IMG/VR virus record: IMGVR_UViG_2740892273_000013 | Source: a virus | Lineage: Duplodnaviria; Heunggongvirae; Uroviricota; Caudoviricetes | Reading direction: 5' to 3' (one strand) | DNA: 39,288 bases | Part shown: piece by piece, positions 1 through 7,100 of the stretch | How positions within the stretch are numbered: position 1 is the first letter of the stretch | Layout of the letters: every line of letters starts with the position of its first letter | Notes under the pieces: model-generated | The model's database searches: none | Seen by the model: the letters and a program-made list of their open reading frames with translations, nothing else | What the model was told of the DNA's origin: nothing | Position numbers and translations under genes: made by a program

Positions 1-573
1 ATGTTTTGCGAAGAAAAAGTAGCTCAAATGGCTGCATACCTACTTCTTAAGCGAGGTGGGCGCATGGCATATCTGAAATTGATGAAGCTGCTCTATCTGT
101 CTAACCGCAAGTCGATTTTGAAGCATGGCAGGATGATCGGCGAAGATAGCCTTTACTCTATGAAATTTGGTCCAGTCATGTCGAATACGCTGAACTTGAT
201 TCGTGGTAAGGCTGAAGGTATTGGTGACTACTGGTACAACCTGATAGAGACGAACGGGCATGATGTGTTGTTGCGTTCAGATCCGAGGGAAATGGATGCA
301 GACGAGGTCTTTGATGAGTTGAGCCGTGCAGATATCCGGATTTTAGATGAAATCTATTCTCTGTATGGGCATATGAACCGATTTGATCTCGCAAACATGA
401 CGCATTTAGAAAGCGTTTGTCCAGAGTGGCACAATCCTGGCAATTCTCGTAAGCCTATAGACCTGAAAGAAATGCTGATCAGTGAGGGTAAAAGCGAGGA
501 TGAGGCTAATCGTATAATTGGCAAAATGGAAGAATCTCAGAAACTTAAGGAATTTTCTTTGCAATTATCATGA
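1..573 (+). CDS. Panacea/DUF4065-like protein (SocA/GepA-type antitoxin-like domain); may be 5' truncated by the window edge
   Basis: ORF starts at base 1; translation has a K/L-rich helix (AYLKLMKLLYLSN) and GPV motif recalled as typical of DUF4065; stop overlaps the next ORF start (ATGA at 570-573). Confidence 0.45.
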   Translation: MFCEEKVAQMAAYLLLKRGGRMAYLKLMKLLYLSNRKSILKHGRMIGEDSLYSMKFGPVMSNTLNLIRGKAEGIGDYWYNLIETNGHDVLLRSDPREMDADEVFDELSRADIRILDEIYSLYGHMNRFDLANMTHLESVCPEWHNPGNSRKPIDLKEMLISEGKSEDEANRIIGKMEESQKLKEFSLQLS

Positions 574-989
574 CGGATTATCAGCCATACAGGAAAGGAA
601 CTGTGCTTGCCCCAACTGGGCCATGCAATCATCTTCATGTGATTTGTAATGATCCTGTTTATTACCCCGTTAACGATTGTTATTGTGTTTTAGTTGTTAA
701 TATTTCTAGTATCAAGGATGGTGTCCCCCACGATCCGTCTTGCGTCTTGAATTCTGGTGATCATCGCTTTATCAAGCATCCAAGTTATGTTGTTTACGCT
801 GAAGCTATAATTTGGCGAGTGGATAACATGGTTAGAAAGCAGCGATCGGGTGAGATTTCCGTTCATGATGATATGCCAGAAGCTACATTCAATAGAATTC
901 TGGACGGTTTTGATATATCTGATGAAGTTACGCCAAAGAACCTTAAATTTAAAAATAAATATTGCGTATCATCTATTGATGATGAGTAA
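570..989 (+). CDS. Hypothetical 139-aa protein translationally coupled to the DUF4065-like gene; candidate toxin/effector partner
   Basis: ATGA start/stop overlap with upstream ORF; no family recognised from the translation. Confidence 0.4.
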   Translation: MTDYQPYRKGTVLAPTGPCNHLHVICNDPVYYPVNDCYCVLVVNISSIKDGVPHDPSCVLNSGDHRFIKHPSYVVYAEAIIWRVDNMVRKQRSGEISVHDDMPEATFNRILDGFDISDEVTPKNLKFKNKYCVSSIDDE

Positions 990-1028
990 ACAACAGGAAT
1001 TGTTTCGGTATAGCTTCTGGAGTTTTCT

Positions 1029-1202
1029 ATGGAAGATCAAAAAGCAACCAAGCCACAGGTTAAGTTCGACACAATGAAAGCATTCGCAGGTATGGGTGCT
1101 GCTGTTGAAGTTCTGATGAAGGCTGCTCCTAATGCGTTCACTCACGCTACTGTCTCTGGTAAAGAGCAGCAGGGTAAGCTTCGTCGTCGCAAAGCAGCAT
1201 GA
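1029..1202 (+). CDS. Small hypothetical protein (57 aa), last gene of the plus-strand cassette
   Basis: ATG at 1029 with GGAG upstream, in-frame stop at 1200-1202, terminator hairpin immediately downstream; below the 60-aa cut-off of the ORF track. Confidence 0.3.
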   Translation: MEDQKATKPQVKFDTMKAFAGMGAAVEVLMKAAPNAFTHATVSGKEQQGKLRRRKAA

Positions 1203-1223
1203 TCATAGCTGGTGCTTTTTGAA

Positions 1224-1250
1224 AACCCGCCTTTAGGCGGGTTTTTTCTT
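1224..1250. terminator. Bidirectional intrinsic terminator between convergent genes
   Basis: Stem AACCCGCC / GGCGGGTT with loop TTTA followed by a T-run on the plus strand; A-run precedes it, so it also reads as hairpin plus U-tract on the minus strand. Confidence 0.6.
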
Positions 1251-1531
1251 TAGTGATGTTCTTTGCCCTTCTGTTTGCCTGTTCTGACCTGTTCCCACTC
1301 GATACGTCCTTCTTCTCGTCTTTTGTCTATGTATTCCGCAAGATCCTGAATATTGATGCAACGTTTTGCTTTTTGTGATGTACCGATGCGATATGTAGGT
1401 ACAGGCAACTTACAAGCGTTTGCTTTTGCTTCTGCTGTGGCTGGACTCATACCAAAGTATTTTTGACTAACTGCTGAGAGTTCAATGTTTGGGGTATTGA
1501 ATTCAGCCATCAGTAAAAACAAGGTATTCAT
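1250..1531 (-). CDS. Small DNA-binding protein, excisionase/PrtN/AlpA-like (putative Xis)
   Basis: 93-aa ORF with GGAG 7 nt upstream of ATG at 1531; basic HTH-like translation; sits where xis is expected in the leftward operon. Confidence 0.45.
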   Translation of the reverse strand: MNTLFLLMAEFNTPNIELSAVSQKYFGMSPATAEAKANACKLPVPTYRIGTSQKAKRCINIQDLAEYIDKRREEGRIEWEQVRTGKQKGKEHH

Positions 1532-1567
1532 ATCATTTCTCCATCATAACCGGCTGCACCCGGTGAG

Positions 1568-2350
1568 TTACTTATTCATTTCAATAATATTATTTTCTAT
1601 CATTGATTTATTTAAAACCAAAGAAGGAGCAAGATGGTTGTCTATTTTAAACAATGCATAACTTTTAAACTGTTGGTGATATCCGTAACTAATAAGGATG
1701 CTAGAAAAATCTCTTAATTCATCTTCTTTTAAAAAATTAAAATGAAATGGGTTGTCACCATTTATGAACAATGAAACATCTATTATGCAGTATTTCTCTC
1801 CGTTGTCATTTGCATAGAAAAAAATATAAGACATTCTGTTTGTTAAGACAATGCCATTAAATTTTCTTATGTCTGTAGCTATTTTGTTTTCCATGTTTGG
1901 TGCTACATATTTATTTTCAGAAATACATTTAATTTCATCTCCAGATGTCGTGATTATATAAAAATGAAACTTATCAGAAATATCTAACTTAACTACGCCA
2001 TCATTATTGTAAAGGCTGCTAAATTTTGGTGGTTCAACTTTTAAAGAATCATAGTTCTTTAAAAGAAGAGGGGAGTCAAATTTAATAACTTGTAGTATCC
2101 CTTTACCTTCAACCTCCATATTGATTGAAGATATAGCAATTGCATTATCTCTTTTATTATTCAGGATTATGGTTGATATATGCATGTCATATATTCTACT
2201 TGCATTTGCTGAATACGACACTGTCACCTTTTTTGATATTTTTTGCACGCCAAAATATATAGTGAAGGCAGCGGCAAGAATAGATAAGAATTTAATGTCA
2301 AATAAGGACCATAGCCACATTAGTTGCTCAATTGCTTCAGAGTTAATCAT
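1568..2350 (-). CDS. AT-rich accessory gene encoding a membrane-anchored protein of unknown function; start uncertain (ATG candidates at 2383, 2362, 2350; track ORF begins at an alternative TTG at 2401)
   Basis: Long minus-strand ORF in a visibly AT-rich segment; N-terminal hydrophobic helix (LMWLWSLFDIKFLSILAAAFTIYFGV); promoter-like TTGCAA-N15-TATATA just upstream on the minus strand. Confidence 0.5.
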   Translation of the reverse strand: MINSEAIEQLMWLWSLFDIKFLSILAAAFTIYFGVQKISKKVTVSYSANASRIYDMHISTIILNNKRDNAIAISSINMEVEGKGILQVIKFDSPLLLKNYDSLKVEPPKFSSLYNNDGVVKLDISDKFHFYIITTSGDEIKCISENKYVAPNMENKIATDIRKFNGIVLTNRMSYIFFYANDNGEKYCIIDVSLFINGDNPFHFNFLKEDELRDFSSILISYGYHQQFKSYALFKIDNHLAPSLVLNKSMIENNIIEMNK

Positions 2351-2538
2351 TTGCTTTACCATTATCGCTGTAATACAACACATGTGTGTATATATACGCA
2401 ATGCAATTATTTTGCAAGTGCTTCATTTACTATCAATAGCTACGTCACGTTATTGTTTAATGGTTCTTTATAGGGGCGGCAATAGTTAAAATTATCGCTT
2501 CCGTAAATGCCCCCGCAGGGGCATTTGCAGTAATGAAA

Positions 2539-3363
2539 TCAGGCGGTGAAAGTACCAATAAAGGTTTCTACTTTGCTGTCTTTGAATTTCTCAACAAGCA
2601 GATCACGAAATTCGTTAGCCATTTCTTCCTGTACCGCTTCCAGCTGAATAATGCGCAGAACCAGTACAGGACGATCGCCAGTGATAATGCTGAGGCGTAA
2701 TTTAAACGGACGTTCTTTCAGACCTTCAAACGGAACGCATTTAAATTCAAATGCCACTGGCATAATGTCTTTGGTCTTCGCTTCGACAGACTCCATCAGG
2801 GAGCGTTTGCCGCTGAAGTCATTATCTTCAAAATCAGCGGTCTGGTTCGCTTCAATTGTGATTTTACGGATCGCCGCAGCCGCTTTGGTTGCCTGAATGG
2901 CGTCACCATTAGCATCAAAGCCCACAAGGTAGTCGGCCCAGTCTTCAATCCATTCTGCCAGTGACTTCTGGGAGTTACGCTCGCCATTAACAGACAACAG
3001 AGCAGAGAACGGAGCTGTCTTTTTCAGTTTGAGAGTGGCGGTGTTATCTGCGTGACCTGGTTCATCAATAGTACCCAGGTTAAGAACACTGACGGCACGC
3101 ATATTATCAGCATCGATAAAGCAGCGGGTGCCTTCATCTGCAAGATCTTTAGAATAACGAGTAAAGTCATCGATGCTGGCAGTGGAAAGCGCACCACGGA
3201 AACGGAAACGATTTAAATTTAATTTTTCCAGATCATGAATGCGGAAATTCTCAGGCAATGCCACAGCATCGGCACCAATCTTACTGATAATTTCATTAAC
3301 ACCCTGAGCAGAAATAAGGGCATGGATTTGATTAATTGCGGTTGCGTCTAAGTTCTGAGACAT
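2539..3363 (-). CDS. DUF2303-like (YfdQ-family) phage protein
   Basis: 274-aa ORF with GAGGA 9 nt upstream of ATG; family assignment recalled from memory (length matches YfdQ), unverified. Confidence 0.55.
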   Translation of the reverse strand: MSQNLDATAINQIHALISAQGVNEIISKIGADAVALPENFRIHDLEKLNLNRFRFRGALSTASIDDFTRYSKDLADEGTRCFIDADNMRAVSVLNLGTIDEPGHADNTATLKLKKTAPFSALLSVNGERNSQKSLAEWIEDWADYLVGFDANGDAIQATKAAAAIRKITIEANQTADFEDNDFSGKRSLMESVEAKTKDIMPVAFEFKCVPFEGLKERPFKLRLSIITGDRPVLVLRIIQLEAVQEEMANEFRDLLVEKFKDSKVETFIGTFTA

Positions 3364-3428
3364 AATAAGTCCTCACTATATAAAGATATTCAGTGATGAG
3401 ATAAATAATCGGTTAATTAAGAACGATA

Positions 3429-3791
3429 TTAATGACCTGCTGCGCGGAGTTTTCCGTCAGGTTCACCGGCAAGAGTCAGTAATTGTCCCTGGTCTTCCTG
3501 CAGAATAGTCAGGCGACCACCGCGATTGACATACATCGGCGTTTCGGTGGTGTCTTCTTCGGAAATTTTCCCGCGGTTAGTCGGGCGAACATATGAGAGT
3601 TTGTGTTTGATTTTCACACGGTTCTCATCAAATGGTTCGATTTCCAGGTTGAGTGAGACCTTACCTTTGGTTTTCGTGTTCATCACACCGGAAGCGACTT
3701 CACTGAGAACTGCGCCGATTTTGGTTTCAAATACGCCGCCGTCCAGCTCCCCAATAAATGCCTGCACATCAGTACTGCGTTCGCTAGCCAT
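3429..3791 (-). CDS. Hypothetical 120-aa protein (possibly YfdP-like), first gene of the leftward early operon
   Basis: ATG at 3791 (MASERS...) with AGGAG 8 nt upstream; the longer track ORF to 3977 crosses a structured leader and is unlikely to be translated. Confidence 0.5.
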   Translation of the reverse strand: MASERSTDVQAFIGELDGGVFETKIGAVLSEVASGVMNTKTKGKVSLNLEIEPFDENRVKIKHKLSYVRPTNRGKISEEDTTETPMYVNRGGRLTILQEDQGQLLTLAGEPDGKLRAAGH

Positions 3792-3840
3792 TTTGCTGCT
3801 CCTAATCATATCGACCCTGCAAGGTCGGTTGGTTTCTCCA

Positions 3841-3938
3841 CAAAACAGAGAAGAACACCTGCGGTGGCAGCCGCCCGGATGGATTTGGTTATGAGCCCGT
3901 CGTCCGGTGATGCTCTTCTCTGTTTTGTAAAAAGAGCG
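3841..3938 (-). promoter_or_regulatory. Structured leader element: boxA-like motif followed by a large stem-loop formed by a 14-bp perfect inverted repeat; candidate nut-like or attenuator site
   Basis: Minus-strand CGCTCTTTTTACAA (3925-3938); arms CAAAACAGAGAAGA (3841-3854) and TCTTCTCTGTTTTG (3914-3927) are exact reverse complements. Confidence 0.35.
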
Positions 3939-4411
3939 GTACCAGCCGGAAGCAAGTGTACAAACTGGTACCGCCAAAGCAGTGGCTGTTGTGGTGACCG
4001 GTGCTGATCTCCGGCTTGCGGTTATTTCAGACTCTCACGGGCGTTTAATTGCCCCGCCGAACAGCTCTTTTCCGCATTAGCTGCAATGTCTTTCGCGCAT
4101 CAGCCTGCGCATTCACCACAACGCTGAGAGCACTTAGCCAGTTACGGCACCACACTTTGTCGCGGTTCCATAAATGTCCTCATCGTTGCACCCTGGTCTC
4201 TTCCCAGGCGTCAAACCGAATCGCCACGCTGGTTAGGCGTCTTATCAGCATCATCATTGACTTGCACATTCCGGCTACCTGGTTTGTTTGCCCGAGCAAG
4301 GAGTGGATTGTCCCCTTTAACGTCCCCAGACCGCTAACGACGCATGTGCCATACGCCGTGTTACAACCAAATTTTGTTTAATCTTGCCTGTGCTGTGTTT
4401 CTTTTAGATAC

Positions 4412-4439
4412 ATTATGTATCCCAAAGGTACATTGTCAA
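4412..4439 (-). promoter_or_regulatory. PL-like early-left promoter with overlapping OL-like operator
   Basis: Minus strand reads TTGACA (4434-4439), 16-bp spacer, CATAAT (4412-4417); spacer carries ATGTATCCCAAAGGTACAT (4415-4433), related to the operators at the cI-cro interval. Confidence 0.5.
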
Positions 4440-4442
4440 GTA

Positions 4443-4464
4443 TAAAAAAACCTGCCGAAGCAGG
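4443..4464 (-). terminator. Intrinsic terminator downstream of the repressor gene
   Basis: Hairpin CCTGC-CGAA-GCAGG (4451-4464) followed on the minus strand by a run of U (complement of A-run 4444-4450). Confidence 0.55.
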
Positions 4465-4477
4465 TTATAAATATTGA

Positions 4478-5152
4478 TTAGGCCTTTATTATGTATCTTC
4501 TTGGTTTTCCTGAGAAAATCACTGTACCAATTATAGAGCAATTACCGTTAATCTTAATGTAAGGCTCAGGCCAGTTTGGGTTTAATGCTTTGAGATAACG
4601 CTGTGTTCCATCTTCTATCAACCGCTTGAAGGTGGTTTCGCCTGTATCGTGCATCAATGCAATAACGTCGTCACCGTGGCAGGCAGGGACTTCAGGATCA
4701 ACAAAAATCATGTCTCCCGGGCGGTACTCATCAATCATTGAATCACCAATCACCCGCAAGATATAAGTCATTTCGCCACAGGGTACAGGGCAGGGATAAG
4801 TTTCTGCTGTGCTCAAATCAACCTCAGAATAGCCAACTTCTTTCCATGCTCCGGCCTGTACCCATGATATGACAGGGACTAACGTTATTTGTTTGTTAGT
4901 GATTGAAACGTCAGGTTTTTTTGTGATGTTCGTTGTCTGGTGTTCTTGATCAAGCCATCCGACAGGCAGGTCGAAACATTTTTCGATGTGCCGTGCCATG
5001 CTGTCACCGATATTTTTAGTTGCACCATCTCCCATAAACCTGCTGGTCTGGGTTGGCTCGCGATCAATCATGGTGGCAAAGGAAGAATTCCCGCCAACAC
5101 CATCTCTCAGTTTTCTGGCGTTAGACCGCCGGATGTCATGGACTGTTTTCAT
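4478..5152 (-). CDS. cI: CI-type prophage repressor (N-terminal HTH, C-terminal LexA-like S24 peptidase domain)
   Basis: 224-aa translation with GDSM serine motif and downstream Lys; divergent from a cro-like gene; no SD before the ATG, consistent with a leaderless PRM-type transcript. Confidence 0.85.
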   Translation of the reverse strand: MKTVHDIRRSNARKLRDGVGGNSSFATMIDREPTQTSRFMGDGATKNIGDSMARHIEKCFDLPVGWLDQEHQTTNITKKPDVSITNKQITLVPVISWVQAGAWKEVGYSEVDLSTAETYPCPVPCGEMTYILRVIGDSMIDEYRPGDMIFVDPEVPACHGDDVIALMHDTGETTFKRLIEDGTQRYLKALNPNWPEPYIKINGNCSIIGTVIFSGKPRRYIIKA

Positions 5153-5158
5153 AAAGAA

Positions 5159-5187
5159 ATTAAAACCTTTGTACCGATAAGGTACAA
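5159..5187 (-). promoter_or_regulatory. PRM-like promoter for leaderless cI with overlapping operator
   Basis: Minus strand TTGTAC (5182-5187), 17-bp spacer, TTTAAT (5159-5164), placing the start about 7 nt downstream at the cI ATG; operator TTGTACCgataaGGTACAA at 5169-5187. Confidence 0.45.
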
Positions 5188-5192
5188 GTATC

Positions 5193-5238
5193 TTGAAGGT
5201 TCATCTCAATCATGTAATATGTATACCGGAGGTACATA
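5193..5238 (+). promoter_or_regulatory. PR-like promoter for cro with a second operator-like palindrome over the cro RBS
   Basis: TTGAAG (5193-5198), 16-bp spacer, TAATAT (5215-5220); TGTATACC-GGA-GGTACATA at 5220-5238. Confidence 0.45.
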
Positions 5239-5242
5239 TTGT

Positions 5243-5443
5243 ATGAAAGCGTATTGGGACTCTTTAACCAAAGAACAGCAGGGTGAGTTGGCCGGAAAAG
5301 TTGGCTCAACACCAGGCTACTTACGGCTGGTTTTCAATGGTTATAAAAAAGCCAGTTTTGTGCTGGCTAAAAAACTTGAGCAATGCACGTCAGGTGCAAT
5401 TACGAAATCTGACTTAAGACCGGATATCTATCCGAAAGATTAA
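5243..5443 (+). CDS. Cro/YdaS-like small HTH regulator
   Basis: 66-aa ORF with GGAGG 9 nt upstream; position divergent from cI. Confidence 0.7.
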   Translation: MKAYWDSLTKEQQGELAGKVGSTPGYLRLVFNGYKKASFVLAKKLEQCTSGAITKSDLRPDIYPKD

Positions 5444-5474
5444 CAGAACACCTTCAATTTTTAACCACAGAACG

Positions 5475-6038
5475 ATGAGGCTAACCGTGGGTAAGCATCA
5501 CTGGAAAGTAGAAAAACAGCCTGAGTGGTACGTGAAAGCTGTCAGAAAAACTATCGCGGCGTTGCCGGGGGGTTACGCTGAAGCTGCTGAGTGGCTGGAT
5601 GTAACAGAGAACGCTTTATTCAACCGCCTTCGTGCAGATGGCGATCAGATTTTCCCGCTGGGATGGGCAATGATTTTACAGCGCGCGGCTGGCACTCACT
5701 ACATTGCGGATGCTGTCGCACAGTCTGCTGGTGGGGTGTTTGTATCGCTTCCTGAAATTGAGGAAGTAGAGAACGCCGATATAAACCAGCGCCTGCTGGA
5801 AGTCATCGAACAGATCGGGAGTTACTCAAAGCAGATTCGTTCGGCAATCGAAGATGGGGTAGTGGAGCCACACGAGCAGACAGCAATTAATGATGAGTTG
5901 TATCTGTCAATTTCGAAGCTCCAGGAGCATGCAGCACTGGTCTACAAAATCTTTTGCGCTCCAGAAAAGAGTGACGCCCGCGAGTGTGCAGCTCCGGGCG
6001 TCGTGGCGTTTTGTGTCTGTGGAGAAACTAACGCATGA
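5475..6038 (+). CDS. YdaT-like or CII-position early regulator (hypothetical)
   Basis: 187-aa ORF directly after cro; family name recalled from memory and unverified. Confidence 0.4.
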   Translation: MRLTVGKHHWKVEKQPEWYVKAVRKTIAALPGGYAEAAEWLDVTENALFNRLRADGDQIFPLGWAMILQRAAGTHYIADAVAQSAGGVFVSLPEIEEVENADINQRLLEVIEQIGSYSKQIRSAIEDGVVEPHEQTAINDELYLSISKLQEHAALVYKIFCAPEKSDARECAAPGVVAFCVCGETNA

Positions 6039-6871
6039 ACAGTTTAACGGCAAATAACCGTTTGTCGCAACAGCTGGTGGTCAGCGTCGCTGAACACCTG
6101 TTGTTACGGCATGAATGCAGATTACCAAATCACCTGGCTGTAAGTAACCACAGAGAACTTTACCTGACTGTGGGGGGCGAGTTGTGCAGGAACTTAACCG
6201 CTGGTTTCGTGACGGAAGAGGACTTTATGTTCATGTTATTCGTTGGGAGCCAGAAACACAGCGCGTTATCTATCTTCGCAAAGACTACCCGCATGAGTGC
6301 TTTAGTCCTTTGTGGAAATTCAGGCGTGATTTTGTTGAGTGTGAAGGACCACCAGCACATTGATTCTGCCATTCCGGGACGTTACACTGTTCAGGCACCT
6401 TATAAAGCGGGTGCCGGGATTGGCGTCCTGGAATTGATCAAGGCGATATATGACGCGCCAGCGTCTTTTTTATCGTCCGCATTTGCTCACATCAAAGTTA
6501 TGGTGGGCTGGGCGGGGGCATCGAAAGATGCGCCGGTTTCCTTGATCACCGGTTACGCCAACCCCGTTCAGTTCACCACCAGCGAAATTGGCGTTTCCGG
6601 TGGTGGAAGTATTTCACCGATCAAGGAGGCTGCCATCATGGCTACTGTCCCAGCCCTCACTCGTCTGAATGATGAAGACTTACATAAACTCAGTTATGTA
6701 ACAACTGCACTACGTGCTCTGCGCAAGGTAACTCTTTCGGATCCGCAGGCACATCAGGTTCTGGTAGAAACCCTTCTTAACTTGCAAGCTGAACGTATTC
6801 GTCTGGCGGATAAGGCTAATTTTCATATTCACCGTCTCCTGAATATCAGCGGAGGGCATCGTCATGCTTAA
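6035..6871 (+). CDS. Hypothetical protein (278 aa)
   Basis: ATGA overlap with upstream gene suggests translational coupling; no recognisable motif. Confidence 0.4.
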   Translation: MNSLTANNRLSQQLVVSVAEHLLLRHECRLPNHLAVSNHRELYLTVGGELCRNLTAGFVTEEDFMFMLFVGSQKHSALSIFAKTTRMSALVLCGNSGVILLSVKDHQHIDSAIPGRYTVQAPYKAGAGIGVLELIKAIYDAPASFLSSAFAHIKVMVGWAGASKDAPVSLITGYANPVQFTTSEIGVSGGGSISPIKEAAIMATVPALTRLNDEDLHKLSYVTTALRALRKVTLSDPQAHQVLVETLLNLQAERIRLADKANFHIHRLLNISGGHRHA

Positions 6872-7100
6872 TCCGTTGATCCTCAATATTTGCCGTTTGC
6901 TTCAGCGTAAAAAAATATCAATTCCTACAGTTGGGCAGTGGTACACCACGCCTGCAGGGCATGTTCTACGTGTTAGCCTGGTTGACCGTGAATGCCAGAA
7001 GGTGATTTGTGAACCGCTGGGCCGTAATTACCGCGTCAGTATGCCGCTTATAGCCTTTCGCTCCGGAAAAAACATGAAGCATCTCGGAGGTGCAGCATGA
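6864..7100 (+). CDS. Hypothetical small protein (78 aa)
   Basis: Start overlaps upstream stop (ATGCTTAA) and its stop overlaps the next start; coupled chain of genes. Confidence 0.35.
   Translation: MLNPLILNICRLLQRKKISIPTVGQWYTTPAGHVLRVSLVDRECQKVICEPLGRNYRVSMPLIAFRSGKNMKHLGGAA

Noticed and set aside
1-394. Minus-strand ORFs 40-261 and 176-394
   Set aside because: Antisense to the DUF4065-like ORF, no RBS, low-complexity translations
2121-2489. Plus-strand 122-aa ORF overlapping the AT-rich minus-strand gene
   Set aside because: Antisense to the longer, better-supported ORF; AT-rich DNA produces long spurious frames
4049-4381. Plus-strand 110-aa ORF in the early-left leader
   Set aside because: Runs antisense to the PL-like transcript, has no RBS, and its translation is Arg/Ser/Thr-rich low complexity; more likely a non-coding structured leader
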